Positions 12,880 through 26,599 of a stretch of 64,000 nucleotides of DNA are shown piece after piece. Below the pieces are notes generated by a model that saw only the letters and a list, made by a program, of their open reading frames with translations, made no database searches and was not told where the DNA came from. The DNA is from Mobula birostris (Eukaryota): assembly GCF_030028105.1 (NCBI RefSeq), contig NC_092397.1, forward strand, positions 25,058,630 to 25,122,629, given 5' to 3'. Within the stretch, counting starts at the first letter, position 1, and each line of letters begins with the position of its first letter. A program made the translations under genes and the position numbers.

Positions 12880-15800
12880 TTCACAGATTCACTACCTTTA
12901 CTGAGGAAATTACTCCTCATCTTTGTTCTAACAGGGTGTCCTAGTATTCTGAGGCTGTGTCCTGTGGTCCGAGTCCGAGACTGCCCCATTAGACTCCCGA
13001 CTTCATCCTAGGCCTTTCGATATTTGATCGGTTTCAATGAGATTCCCTCATTCTTCTAAAGTCTAGCGAGTACAGGCCCAGAGCCATCAAACAATCCTCG
13101 TGCATTAACCCTTTTATTGCCAGGATCATTCTTGTGAACCTCCTCTGGACCCTCTCCTGTGTGAGCGCGTACCTTTTTAGATAAGGGGCCCAAAACAGTT
13201 CACAATACTCCAAGTGTGATCGGACTAATGCCTTATGAAGTCTGAGCATTTCATCCTTTCTTTTGTATTGTTGTCCTCCCGAAATGAATGCTGACATTGC
13301 ATTTGGTTTCCTTACCACCGAATCAACCGGCAAGTTTATCTTTAGAAAATCCTGCACATCTGCGTCTTGCCTGACCCTGGTACCCGGGAGGGGACACACC
13401 ACCGTGTTATCTCTCTTGCTGCCACAGAATCTCCTGCACATCCCCTTTACTGTGAGTCTGCTGTCATCACTGCTGTGATTGACCTTTCCTCCCGCGGAGC
13501 ATCGGACCGGGGTGTCAGTACCACTGAACTGACAGGCTGCTGTGCTCTGGTTCGTCATCCTCCCAGGGGTATCCAAAGGAGTGTACTTGTTTCTGAGGGT
13601 CACAGCCACAGGGAGACATTGCACTGTCTGTCTCTTCCCCTTTCCAGTCGTGATCGTAACCAAACTATTTGCAGCCTGACCTCAGGTTTGACCAACCCAC
13701 TGAATCTCTGGTCTCAGCATCCTGGAAACTCTGGGTCTGTCCATCTCCAGCTCCATTTCCTTCACACGGTCAGTCAGGAGCGTTACCTCTTTCAGAACCC
13801 TGGGGTACAGTTCATCTGGTCCGGGTGACTCATGAACCCTCAGGTCTTTCAGCTTTTTGAGCACCTTTTCCCTTGTAATAATAACTGCACACTCTTCTCT
13901 TCCCTCACACCCTGCAGCATCTGGCACACTGCTAGTGTCTTCCACTGATACAAAATACTCATTTAGTTCATCTGCCATCTCCTTGTACCCCCCCTCCCCG
14001 GCCATTATTATTCCTCTGGCCTCATTTTCTTGCAGTCCTATATCCACTCTCACCTCTTTTATTTTTACGTACTTGAAAAAGCTAAAACTATCCATTTTGA
14101 TCATGTTTGCCAGCTTGCTTGCATGTTTCATCTCTTCCCTCTTTAGGTTGTTCTCTGTCAGCTGTTAAAGCTTCACAATCCTCTGTATTCTGAATAATTT
14201 TTGCTTGTTGTATGTCCTCCCTTTTGGTTTTACATTAGCATTGACTTCCTTGTCAGCCACGGTTGTACTATTTTGCCATTTGAGTATTTATTTGTTTCTG
14301 GAATACATTTATCCTGCACCTTCCTCGTTTTCCCCAGAAACTCACACCATTGCTGCAACAATGGATTCAACATCTTCCGATCCTGTGTCACATCTTTCTA
14401 CTGATTTGTTACCATTCTTTACCAGCAGAGCCATTTCATCCCCATTACCTACCTTCCTGTCCCTCTGATACGTGTAACCTTGGGCACTTAGCTCCCAACT
14501 ACAAACATTCTTCAGCCGTGATTCAGTGACATTAGACATGACAATCTGTAATATGGCAATAAGATTATCCACCTTATTTCTTACACTCCGCGTATTGCAA
14601 TATAACAGTTTGAGTTCTGCATTTGCTACCCTTATTGATTCTGCATCCCTCATGCACTGATACTCACCCTGCTGGCTGCGGTTATGTCCTATCATCTGCC
14701 TGCCCTTCCTGACAGTGTGACTGCATGCGATCTTTGCTTTCTTTACCATCTGTCCTATCCTGCGTCCTTTCACACCAGTTCCCACGACCCTGCCAAATAA
14801 GTTTAAACCCTCCCCAACCGCTCTAACAAACCAGCAGTATGCCCACAAGAAAACTAATCTCAGGGTTGTATATGGTGACTGAAATGTATTTTGATAATAC
14901 ATTTACTTTCAGCTTTGAACTTTGTAGTAGAGAACCGGGTGTTGTACTGGTCTATGTCCTCACTGGCCGATGCTGTGCTCTGGCAGCTCAGTGTGCTTGG
15001 TATACAGTGTCAGTGTTTCGACAGAAGTGTGTCCTTATTACACAATTGATCTTGTCCACCCTGGAGTTTTGTAGATTCACTGGCGACCAGAGTAATTTTT
15101 TTCAGACTATTATTGGGCAGAGAATCATTCTGTGATCGTCGAGACTATTTGACCCATCAAATTTATACCAACTCCTGCTACAACATTTCCACAATCCCAT
15201 TCCCCACTCTGTCCCCACAACTCTGCAGGTCATTTCCCCTGAAGGACCTGTCTAATTCCTCTTTGAACACTGGTTGTTCCTGCCACCACTCCGCTGAGTC
15301 CCATATTTCCCAAGGTGAAGTCAAGAATGTTCCCCTCCCTGGTGGACCACATATTGTTTCAGGAAACCTTCCTGAACACAAATAATGCCCCATCCAAGCC
15401 TCAGGGTGTAACGAAGTCCCAGTTACTCTGGGGAGATTATTTACTCACCACATCTACTCTGTAGATTTTACATCAGTCCATAACCTGCCGACATATCTGT
15501 TCCTCTCTTACTGGCTATTGTGAGGCTTCCAGTATAATCCTAGCACGGGGATTGCTCCTTTCTTATTCCTGAACTCTACCCACATTGTCTGACTGGAGGA
15601 GCCTCCGGGGTGACCTTAAACTTGTGACATTCTGCCTGATCAGCCGTACAGATCCCCAACCTCATTCACCTCCTTCTGGACTGTCTGAATCATCTGAATC
15701 CTGGAATGTTTCGCTACCAATCTTGCCCTTCTCTCAGCTGGATCTCTGTAAACACAAAATACTCTGCAGATGCTGGGGTCGAAGCAACATGCACAACACG

Positions 15801-18800
15801 CTGGAGGAACTCAGCAGGTCGGGTAGCATCTGTGGAAATGAACAGTCAACATTTCGGGCGGGAACTGTAATACCTTTTTTATTTCTTTCCTCGCTAGCGG
15901 GTGGCACTGGGATTATCCCCACCCCCCACCACAGAGTTTCTACTTAACTTTTCCTCAACTCCCTAAGTTCTCTTTGCAGGACTTTGTCTCTTTTGTTAGA
16001 GCCAATATGGACCACGATCTCTGGCTGCTCACCCTGCCCTTTCAGAATGGCCTGTACTTGTTCAGTTCCATCCTCGACCCTGGTACCAGGGAGGTAATGC
16101 ACCATCCTGCAGTCTCTCTCCTTGCCACAGATACACCTGTCTGTGACCCCGGCTAAAGACTCCCCTGTCACTGAGGCTCACCGAGAACACAGAACAGTAC
16201 AGCACAGGAACAGACCCTTCTTCCCATGATGTCTGTGCTGAACATAATGCCAAATGAAACTAAATCTCTTCAGCCTGCGTATAATTCATGTGTTAAAATT
16301 ATCTGAATATCCATGGACTTTTCTAAGACCCTGTTAAATGTCATTATCATATCTGCTTCCACCACTCCCCATGGCAGCCCATACCCGGCCCTCACCACTG
16401 TCTGTACGGAAACAGAAATCTTACCTGCCCTAACGTCCACCTTTAAATTCTCACCCTGGCATTTTAAAGCTGCGCCTTCTAATATTTGATATTTCTACCC
16501 TGGCAAAATGATGCTGCCTGTTTACCTTGTCTACATCTCTCATAGTTTTATAAACTTCTGTCAGGTCTCCCCTCAGTCTCCTTCACTCCAGGGAAGACAG
16601 TCCCAGTTGGTCTGATCTTTCCTTGTAACTCAAGCCCCCAGTCCAGGTAACATTCCTGTGAATTGTTTCTGTGCTTTTCCAGCTTAATCACATCCTTCCT
16701 CATGTGACCAGAACTGCACAGGGTACTCCTGGTGTGGTGTAGTTATTGATTTGTACAACTGTAATGTGATGTCCCAACTCCACTCAGAGCCTTTGCCGAT
16801 AAAGACAAGCATGTTGTGCTCCTTCTTCACCACCTTGTCTACCTGTGTTGGCACTTTCAGGGAGTTACGTACCTGTGCCCCAGGTTTCTCTTTCATCAAC
16901 ACTCCTCAGGACCCTCCATTCACTGGGTACGCCCTGACCTGCTTTAACTTCCAAAAATCCATCATTGTGCACTTGTCTGTCATGGTAACAACACTTCTCT
17001 GTTTCTCTGCACCAACACCCCAGCAGTAAATGTCAATGAACCATTCAGCTCTGAACCTTGGTCATATATGGTTTTATGAACCACTCACTGCTCCCGTCTC
17101 TATTTTGTTGTGTAGTTCAGCACCTCGACCCCTCTCTATTTCTCTCATTTACAATATATCTCCACATAAATCATAGTTTGACTTTTGATTCCTCCTACCA
17201 TTCTACATGCCATCACACTTCACCACATTAAACTCCATTTACCAAGTATTCTACTCACCAGCTTCTTCTTATCCTGTTGGAGAGACCAAATGTCCAATCA
17301 CAACATGTCCCCCACCACATTCCCTGTCATTGACCTCCCTCCTCTGGGTTATTAATATCAATAATAAATCATTGACGATCCAGAACTGGTCACTGGAAAA
17401 CTCCACTAGTAATATCATCCCAGTCTGAAACAGACCTGTTATTCTGTCTCAGTATGGTAACCAGTCTTCAGTCAGTATTAACACACTTCCTTCCCAGTAC
17501 TGAGCTCTGGTCTTGTGCACCAGCCTTACATGTGGCACCTTGGCAAATGGCTCCCGAAAATCCAAAAACACCGCTTCTCCAACTTCCCCTGTAAAGTCTC
17601 AAATCTCTGGTATGTTTGTCAAACATGACTGAACATTCAGCAACCCAGGTTACAGAGTCCAAGACCAGGTTCCAGATGGACAGGGTGGTGAAGAGGCTTT
17701 TGGAACACTGGCCTTCAGTCAGGGCACCGAATATAGAAACTGGGATGAAATGTTGCAGTTGTCCAACACGTTGGTTTGGCCGCATTTTGCAAATAGTGTT
17801 CAGTTTTAGTGACCCTACTGTATGACAGACACCATTAAGTTGGAAAGAGTGCCGAGGAGATTTACGGGGATGTTACTGGATCTCAAAGGATTTGTGGAAA
17901 GGTGTTTCGGACAATTTTCCCTGGAATATTGGAGAATGAGTGCTGATATTGCAGAGGTGTATAAAATCATCAGGGACCTGGAGGGTGGTCAGTAAATGGA
18001 ATGAGCTGCTAGCGGGAGTGGTTGAGTCAGGTACATTAAAAAGGTGCTTGGACAGGTAGATGGAAAGGAAAGGTTTAGAGTACATGGGCCAAATGCAGAG
18101 AACTGGGACAAGGAGGGAGGATAGCCTTGTTCATAATGTGGTGGTGAGGGGGTTACAGACCACAAGCTCAGATGGGAACTTTGGTCATTGTGGAATCTGT
18201 GTGAATCTGACTGTAGACCCTGTTGAGCTAGTTCAGTGGCATTAAACTTTTCCATACGATTTGTTATTTCTTCGTAGATTATAGACTCCAGTAGCTGAAG
18301 TGAAGTTAGCAGGTCTACAGTTACCTGCTTTTCATCTTCCACCCTTCTTCAACAATGGTTTTCAACTCCACTGGGACCTTTCTGTAACAGTGAGATTGAC
18401 AAACTTCAGTGTCTCTACTTTCTCTCCAGACTTCCTCTGAAACCCTTCAGTGCAGGTTGTTAGGACCTGGTAAAGTTTGCTTTTAGTCCCATTAGTTTCT
18501 CCCTTGTGATGGCGATCGTTACACATTATGGCACAATGTTGAAATGTCACCGTTAGATATCTGTGGGATGTTTGCTGTGACCCACTGTGCACACTAATGC
18601 AAATTATTGAGTTAACTTCTCCACGTGTTCCTTGTTACTTTTAGCTTTTATCTCACCACTGGTCCCTAGAAAATTCCTGATTCTCTTGACTACCACCAGC
18701 CCTTGCCTCTTTGTACATTCTTTGATTTAATATTTCCTTGATTGCCTTTGACCACACCTCAGGATCTTGAGGCCACTCCTCCCCGTGTCTTCTTTCCCTT

Positions 18801-18810
18801 CCCCTTTCAC
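12880..18810. mobile_element. Nested decayed CR1 LINEs, including ORF1 esterase-like pieces (13380-13660, 15944-16171) and endonuclease/RT pieces
   Basis: RRFCG..VVCPLPGTRV, PEIVVHIGSN, SPGPDELYPRVLKE, VRSHLEYC..FWAPYLK. Confidence 0.8.
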
Positions 18811-18830
18811 CATCACTGTCCCTACATGTA

Positions 18831-20121
18831 AAGTGCCTATGAAAAGTATTCACACCCCTTGGAAGTTTTCATGTTTTATTGTTTTACAGCATTGAATCTC
18901 AGTGGATTGAATTTTGCTTTCTCTGAAACTAATCAATGGAAAAAGACTCTTTCGTGTCAAAGTGAAAACAAATTTCTACAAAATGCTCTCAATTAATTAC
19001 AGATCTAAAACACAAAATACTTTTCTGTACAAGTATCCACCCCCATTAATATGACACACCAAATCATCAGTGGTGCAGCCAATTAGTTTTCGATGTTACA
19101 TGATCAGTTAAATGGAGATGACCGTGTGCAGTCAAGGTGTTTCAATTGATTGTAGTAATAGTACACCTGTAAGTGGAAGGTCGAACTGCTGGTGAGTCAG
19201 TATCCTGGGAGAAACTACACCGTGAAGACAAATCAACACTCCGAGCTGCTCTGCAAACAGGTAATTGAAAAACACAAGCCAGGAGATGGATACAAGAACA
19301 TTTCCAAGTCACTGAATGCCCTTGGAGTATAGTTAAGTCACTCATCCAGAAGTGGGAAGAATATGGCACAGCTGTATATCTGCCAAGAGCAGGCTATCCT
19401 CAGAAACTGAGTGGCCATGCAAGAAGGGGCCAGTGAGGGAGGCCACCAAGAGACCTATGATAACTCCAGAGGAGTTACAAGCTTCAGTGGTGGGAGAGAT
19501 TGTGCAAACATCAACTGTTGCCCGGGTGTTTCACCAGTCGCAGCTTTACGGGAGAGTGGCAGAGAAAAAGCCACTGTTGAAAAATGCTCTCATGAAATCT
19601 TGCCTGAAGTTTCCCAGAATTGTGGGGACTCTGAAGTCAGTTGGAAGAAGATTCTATGGTCTGATGAAAACAAAATTGAACTTCTTGACCATCACAAACA
19701 CTAAGTTTGGAGTAAGCCAAACACCGCACAGCATCAAAAACACACCATCCCTACCGTGAAGTGTGGTGGAGGCTGCATCATCCTGTGGGTATGCTTCACT
19801 GCAGCAGGCCCTGAAAGGCACATAAAGGTAGAGGGTAAAATGAATGCAGCAAAATACAGGGAAATCACACAGACTCAACTGTAAAAACTGCCAAAGGTGC
19901 ATCAACTAATTACTGACTTGAAGGAGGTGAATACTAAGGCAATGAATTATTTTGTGTTTTATATTTACAATTAATTTAGATCACTTTGTAGAGATCTGTT
20001 TTCACTTTGACACTGTGGATTCTTTTCTGTTGATCAGTGTCAAAAAAGCCAAATTAAATCCATTGCAAAACAATAAGACATAATAACTTCTAAGGAGACT
20101 GAACATTTTTTATAGGCACTG
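18831..20121 (+). mobile_element. Tc1/mariner DNA transposon, internally deleted
   Basis: Inverted termini AGTGCCTAT.AAAA / TTTTTATAGGCACTG flanked by TA; transposase remnants WKKILWSDENKIEL and [13 protein letters not shown]. Confidence 0.9.
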
Positions 20122-20349
20122 TATCCACTCCTTCACCAGCACATTATGAACACATCCACCCTGCTCCTTTCCATTTTGCCGATTCCGTGTGGAACATTGA
20201 ATATAGTGGAATATCGAATTCCCAGTCCCAGTCTCTGTAACCACGTCCCTGCAGCAGCTGTTAGATCAAACATATTCATCAGTACACAATATGGAACAGA
20301 TGGCAACCTGCCCTTCGGCCCACAATATCTGCACCAATCATAATAATGA

Positions 20350-22430
20350 ACAGACTTTATAAAGTACTGGGGAGGTCTGACTGGAGTATTGTGAGCAGTT
20401 TTGGGCCATTGATCTTAGGAAGGATGAGCTGAAATCGGATGGGCTTCAAACGAAGTTCTCCAGATTGCTTCCAGGATTGAATGGCTTGTCATATGAAGAG
20501 TGTTTGATGGCACTGGGCCTGTATTCACTGGAATTTTTGAACAATGAGGGGTGGCCCAATTGAAACATATTGAATGGTGAAAGGCAGTGATAAAGTGGAT
20601 GTGCAGAGGATGGGAGTGTCTAATATCAGAGGACACAGCCTCGGAATACAGGAGCATCCTTGTAGAATGTGGAGATGAGGAATTTCTTTAGCCAGAGAGT
20701 GGTGAATCTGTGGAATTCATTGCCAAAGGAAGCTGTCAAGCCAGGACTTTATGTATATTCAAGGCAGAGGTTGATACATTCTTGATTGGTCAGAGTATGA
20801 AGGGATACAGGGGAAAGGCAGGAGACTGGGGCTGAGAGGAAAAATGGATCAGCCATAATGAAATGTCGGAGCAGACTGGATGGGCCAAATGGTCGAATTC
20901 TGCTCCTATATCTCAGCCTGTGTCGCCTCCTCAGAAACGGTAATCAATTTTATCAAGTATGATCTGCCCACACAAAACCACGCTTATTGTCCCTAAGCAG
21001 GCCATGCCTTTCCGAATGTGCATAAATCATGTGCCTCAATATCCTCCCCAGTAGCTTCTCTACCACTGAAATGAGGCTGCCTTGCCTGTAGATTCCTGGA
21101 TTCTTGTTATTTCCCTTCTTGATCAAAGCTGCAACATTTGTGACACTCCAGTCCTGAGGGACCTCACATGTTGTGATCGAGGACACATAGATCCTTGTCA
21201 AATCGCCAGCAATCTGCTCACTTGTTTCTTTCACTATTGCAGGATATATGCCTTCAGGCCCTTAAGTCTTATCCATTTAATTGCTTTTCAGACGTCCCAG
21301 CACAACCTCCCCCTTAATCTCAACACATCTCTGCACTTTAGCATGTCTCACTCTGTTTTCGTTGCCATTCAAATCCTTCACCTCGGTAAGTACTGACACA
21401 ATGTACTCATTTAGTACCTCAGCCACTTGGTCTGACTTCAACCACATCATTCCTCCTTTAATCTTGAGTCGACCTTTCCATTCTCTGGTTATCCTCGTTT
21501 TATTAATACAAATCACAAGGCCTTGGGATTATCTTTGGTCCCACTCCACAAGGACCGGTTGTGGCCCCGATTTGGCCTTTCCTATCATCTGCTTCAGCAT
21601 TTCCCCGCTATCTTTATATTCCAAAGGTACCCAGTCTGATTTTAGCTTCATAAACCTTCCATATCCTTTTGACTAAATTTAGGATCTCTCTGCTCATCCA
21701 AAGTTCCTTTACCTTACCATCCTTCTCCTCACTCCTCAGCGGAATATGATGATCCTCAACTCAAAGTTGCTGGTCTTTAAACAACTCCCACATGTCAGAT
21801 ATGGACTTGTCTGACAGTGTCTGCTCCCAATCAATGCCCCTTGGCTCCTGTCTTCCTCTGTCCTGACTTGTCCTCCTGCAAATCAGTACCTTCATACAAG
21901 ATCTAATTTTATTCTTACTCATAAGTAAAAAAAAGTTGTGATCACTGTTCCCAAGGTGTTCACTGACTCGTGGCTGTCAGCTAGCCTGGCCCGTTTCTCA
22001 AAACTAATTCTCGTAAGTTCTCAACTCTGGTTGGGCCCTGTACATAATGTTTCAAACACTCCTTGGATTCCCTGAACAAATCTTGCGCATCTAAGTATTG
22101 AGCAAGATCCAGTCAATTCTAGGGAAGATGAAGTCCCTCACTATGACAACCCTGTTGTTCTGCACCTCTCCATAAGCATCAACATAACTGATCCTCCACC
22201 TGCCTGTGGTTATTGGGGGCCAATACGATTATCCCATCAGTGTAACTGCAGATTGCCTCTGTAAATGAGCCTTCCAGTTTGCTGTGACATTCCCAGTGGG
22301 GTAACCTCTGCATCTTTTAACTCCTCTCCCACCGCCACTCACATGTAAAACAATCAAACCCAGGAATGTTGAGCTGCCAGCCCTGTCCGTCCGATAACAT
22401 AGTACTCCTAGTGTTGAAATAAACTCATTT
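20350..22430. mobile_element. CR1 LINE fragments (20350-20910 +; 20920-22430 -)
   Basis: VPQDWSVTNV..LIKKG..NPGIYR; EVLNEY..SV.T. Confidence 0.8.
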
Positions 22431-22737
22431 CAGCCCATCAGTCCCACCATGTTTATTAGCCTGACATTGGCTCTCGTTCTTTTCAGACTGTGTGTGAGGG
22501 AGTTTTGTTTTTCGCTGGAGCGGTTTGTGTCGGATGAATCGTTGGAAATTGGCGGTTGTGGTAAAGTGAAGGCGGAGCTGGACGATGAGAGGCCGGTCTC
22601 GGCTCTGTCCGTCACTCTGACTCTGTCTCCTCCCCTCCCCGCCTCTGTCTCTCTGCGCGTTTCTCGGGCAGGTCGGGGCGCTGTGTATAAAAGGAGACCG
22701 CAGCAGTCAGTTTGTCAGTGAGCAGCGACCTGAGTGA

Positions 22738-23058
<321 letters not shown>

Positions 23059-23091
23059 AAAACTCCCACTTCCTCCCGAGCACAAAATAAA

Positions 23092-23107
23092 GGCTCTTCT
23101 AAGAGCC
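23092..23107 (+). terminator. Histone 3' stem-loop (H4)
   Basis: GGCTCTTCTAAGAGCC followed by ACCCA and a purine-rich downstream element. Confidence 0.95.
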
Positions 23108-23469
23108 ACCCACCGCCTCACAAACGGAGCCGTATCCACAGACTTTTAGATACTTTTTTTATTTTATACTCAGCTGAGTTGCATTTGAAAAAGATTGATC
23201 GGTTCCGCTTGGAACATACTGTAATTCTGCCTTTCCGGTCGGTGATTACCGCAAAACCTGCATTAGGATCGATCTTAATCCTTTTTATCAGTTTCGAACA
23301 GAAATCAGTTCACTCGTTTAGAGAACGATTCCGTAGTTGTGCATTTAAATCTTAACTGAGGAAATTAGATATTAAATTTATTAAATTAAACTGAAATTGT
23401 ATAATTCGTCATACAATTAGTTGTAAATAAAATAATCAAGCACCGTTGCTGGGTGCTGGAAATTAATCC

Positions 23470-23630
23470 GGCGCCAATCACTCTGCATGAATGAAGTCCG
23501 ACCGCCCGGCAAATTTTTATTCGCCGCCAGCCTACAGGAAATGAATCAACCAATCGCAGTAAGGAACCTTAATAAACACCTGGTTCAGCCAATCAGAGCT
23601 GAAGGGCGGATCCTTTCCAACAGTATAAAA
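23470..23630 (+). promoter_or_regulatory. H3 promoter
   Basis: CCAAT at 23474, 23550 and 23589; TATAAAA at 23624. Confidence 0.8.
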
Positions 23631-23694
23631 TCCCGTTCCGGAGCGCGTTTCGTCTATCTTGTTCCTGTACATCAGCTTGTGTTGTCGGTTCTGA

Positions 23695-24111
<417 letters not shown>

Positions 24112-24140
24112 ACCCGGCCTCCACACCAAGCACAAGAAAA

Positions 24141-24156
24141 GGCTCTTTTAAGAGCC
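24141..24156 (+). terminator. Histone 3' stem-loop (H3)
   Basis: GGCTCTTTTAAGAGCC, then downstream element GGAAAGGGCT. Confidence 0.95.
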
Positions 24157-25016
24157 ACTACCACAGCAAAGGAAAGGGCTGTCGCTTGCTGATCATTGTA
24201 TTATCGTAGTGATGATCTGCCTTCCTGATGGGGTTGTTCGGTTTTGCACTGATTGACCGCGATCATCAGCTGTTCTCTGCCGTCTGGTTGATTCAGCGAG
24301 GGACAGGAGATGAACGCGCTCCCTCCCTGTCAGGGTCTCACCTGGCCCTTCACTTCTACAAACATGCCATGTACAGCTGTTGCGGCTGTTCTGTTTTGTT
24401 TACTTCGGACATGTCCGGCTGTCCTTGGAGTGGGAGCATGCGGTCGCGATGGGTAGAGAGGGGGATTTCCGAGAGCGGTGACCCCAGGCAGTTGTGCTTA
24501 TTGTTTTTTTAATTTGATTTCACTCTCCAGTACATATTTAATGTTGGTGTTTTGTGTGAATACTCTTACGTAGTTTTGTGGCTGGTAACTGAATAAAGGT
24601 CAGTCGGCAATGTCACCGGGTAGTTTATCATACATCTTCCCCCTACAGTGCATCCCCAGAGACCGATCCCTCTCTCAAGACGCCCCCTCCCCTCTCACAT
24701 AGGTTTCAGCAGTTCCCAATCAACTCAGCTGAATCGGGCTTTGCGATGCGAGGCGCGGAATCTCAGTCACGCTGTCCTGGAGCGGGAGAAGGAACTGGGC
24801 CTGCAGACCACCCCACCGGTCTCACTCTCTCACTCACACACACAGCCCGAGTGAAACGCAGTGTTTCACTTCAAATCTGGGACGTCACGGCCGCTCTGAA
24901 TGTCAGAGAGGTACCGGGAATATCGGGTTTTATGCGAGAAGTTCCCCCGCAAAACTCTTTCAGACCCGGCGTGGGAATCACAATATTCACGATCAGCTCT
25001 TTTCTGAGATGTGGGT

Positions 25017-25032
25017 GGCTCTGAGAAGAGCC
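25017..25032 (-). terminator. Histone 3' stem-loop (H1)
   Basis: Minus strand GGCTCTTCTCAGAGCC-ACCCA, then AAAAGAGCTG. Confidence 0.95.
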
Positions 25033-25068
25033 GTTGGGTTCAAACACTGACAAACAGTATATCTCAAT

Positions 25069-25779
25069 TCACTTTTTGACTGCTGTCTTCTTGGCTGCCT
25101 TCTTCTTCGGGGCTGTGAGTTTCTTGGGGCTCTTTGGCTTCGGCGCCGCTGGTTTCTTAGCTGCTGCTTTTTTAGCCGCTGGTTTCTTAGCTGCCGCTTT
25201 TTTAGCTGCTGGTTTCTTAGCTGCCGCTTTTTTAGCCGCTGGTTTCTTAGCTGCCGCTTTTTTAGCCGCTGGTTTCTTCGCTGCCGGTTTTTTAGCCGCT
25301 GGTTTCATAGTTGCCGGTTTTTTAGCCGCTGGTTTCTTCGCTGCCGCTTTCTTAGCCGCTGGGTTCTTGGCGCCAGACTTCTTGCTGGGAGATTTCTTGA
25401 TGGCAGATTTCTTTACCGATGGCTTGTTCGCTTTCTTCACCGCTTTCACGGCACTTTTTCCTTGACCGGATTTAAAGGATCCCGAAAGACCCGTGCCCTT
25501 GGTCTGAACCAAGGAGCCGCTTTCCACTCTCTTCCTGATGCACATCCTGATCTGGGCGCGACGTTTCCCCACATCGACACCGCTGCTGGTCAGAGCCTTC
25601 ATGATGGCCACAGCGGACATCCCCTTCCTATCGCGACAATCCGCCACAATCTTATCGATTTGTTCGCCCAGCTTGGGACCGGCTGGTTTGCTCCGGCCGG
25701 CCGCCTTCTTCTTGGGACTCTTCTTTGCGGCGGCGGGTGCGGCTGGAGGAGCCGTTTCGGCGGGTGCTGTCTCGGTCAT
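25069..25779 (-). CDS. H1: Linker histone H1 with a divergent globular domain and a (KKPAA/KKAAA)n tail
   Basis: MTETAP N-terminus, LVQTKGTGLSGSFK wing motif, Lys/Ala tail, stem-loop, upstream AAACACA H1 box. Confidence 0.95.
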   Translation of the reverse strand: MTETAPAETAPPAAPAAAKKSPKKKAAGRSKPAGPKLGEQIDKIVADCRDRKGMSAVAIMKALTSSGVDVGKRRAQIRMCIRKRVESGSLVQTKGTGLSGSFKSGQGKSAVKAVKKANKPSVKKSAIKKSPSKKSGAKNPAAKKAAAKKPAAKKPATMKPAAKKPAAKKPAAKKAAAKKPAAKKAAAKKPAAKKAAAKKPAAKKAAAKKPAAPKPKSPKKLTAPKKKAAKKTAVKK

Positions 25780-25853
25780 GTCGGCGACTCTGGAAAATCC
25801 TTCTCACAATCAGACTGAATGAGAAATGAAGCGAAAGGCGGCGGCACAGAGCA

Positions 25854-25926
25854 ATTTAAAGGCAGCGAGCGGACGGGGCGGAGACATCCTGCTGTCAGTT
25901 CCCGGGGACTTCATTTTTCTGTGTTT
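25854..25926 (-). promoter_or_regulatory. H1 promoter (H1 box, GC box, GTCCG element, TATA-like)
   Basis: Minus strand AAACACA 25926-25920, CCGCCCCGTCCGC 25881-25869, TTTAAAT 25860-25854. Confidence 0.7.
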
Positions 25927-26363
25927 CTCTCTCCTCAAAAACTCTCCGATTCCAATTGAAATCGGATACTCCGGAGACTCGGCCTGGTCCCGGTCCGTCA
26001 CTGAGGCTGGAAAGTTCGCTGGAAAGAGAGTTTAATCGGGATTAAAGGCAGCACTTTCTATTTTAACCCGTTTCATTACTGCACTGCCCGCGATCTCTCT
26101 CCATATTGTTGACCTGTTCTCTGCTTTTCGGCTGAAATTTTGAAACTAACTAAAACTTTGCGGTTAATTCCCGCTTCGGGACTGAGCTGGGGAGTGGGGC
26201 CATCCCGTAACAGAGAAATCTTTTCAATTTGTACAGGAGGCGCTGGGAAATCTGGCGATGTGTTCGGACCCACAAACACAGTGATACTCGTCTAAGCCGC
26301 CCGCCGCTTTAAAACACTGTCTCTGAATTAGCAAGTCAGGCAGCATCAATGGTGAGAATAAAC

Positions 26364-26399
26364 AGTCGACATTTCGGGCCGAGTCCCTTCATCAGGACT
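26364..26399 (-). ncRNA. Minimal hammerhead ribozyme-like motif in a Penelope terminal repeat
   Basis: AGTC-CTGATGA-AGGG(actcgg)CCC-GAAAT-GTC-GACT. Confidence 0.6.
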
Positions 26400-26599
26400 C
26401 TGGTGGGAGATGCTGCCTGACTTGCTGGGTTCCTCCAGCATTTTGTCCGCGTTGTTGGCCATTCCCAGAATCTCTTGGCGTTATACTGACACAATGTTCA
26501 CATCTGCACCTTCAGAGGCCTGTACTGCTGTCAGAATAAAACGACAGGTTCCTCGTCATATAGCACGGTGATAAATCTGATTCTGATTCCAAGGAATAA

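Noticed and set aside
18110-18830. Charged minus-strand ORFs suggesting a host exon
   Set aside because: Contain old CR1 motifs (EKLMGLKA, LTS..LLESII.EEIT)
24850-24870. Hairpin AGTGAAAC-gcagt-GTTTCACT between H3 and H1
   Set aside because: An 8-bp stem is expected by chance and does not match the histone stem-loop consensus
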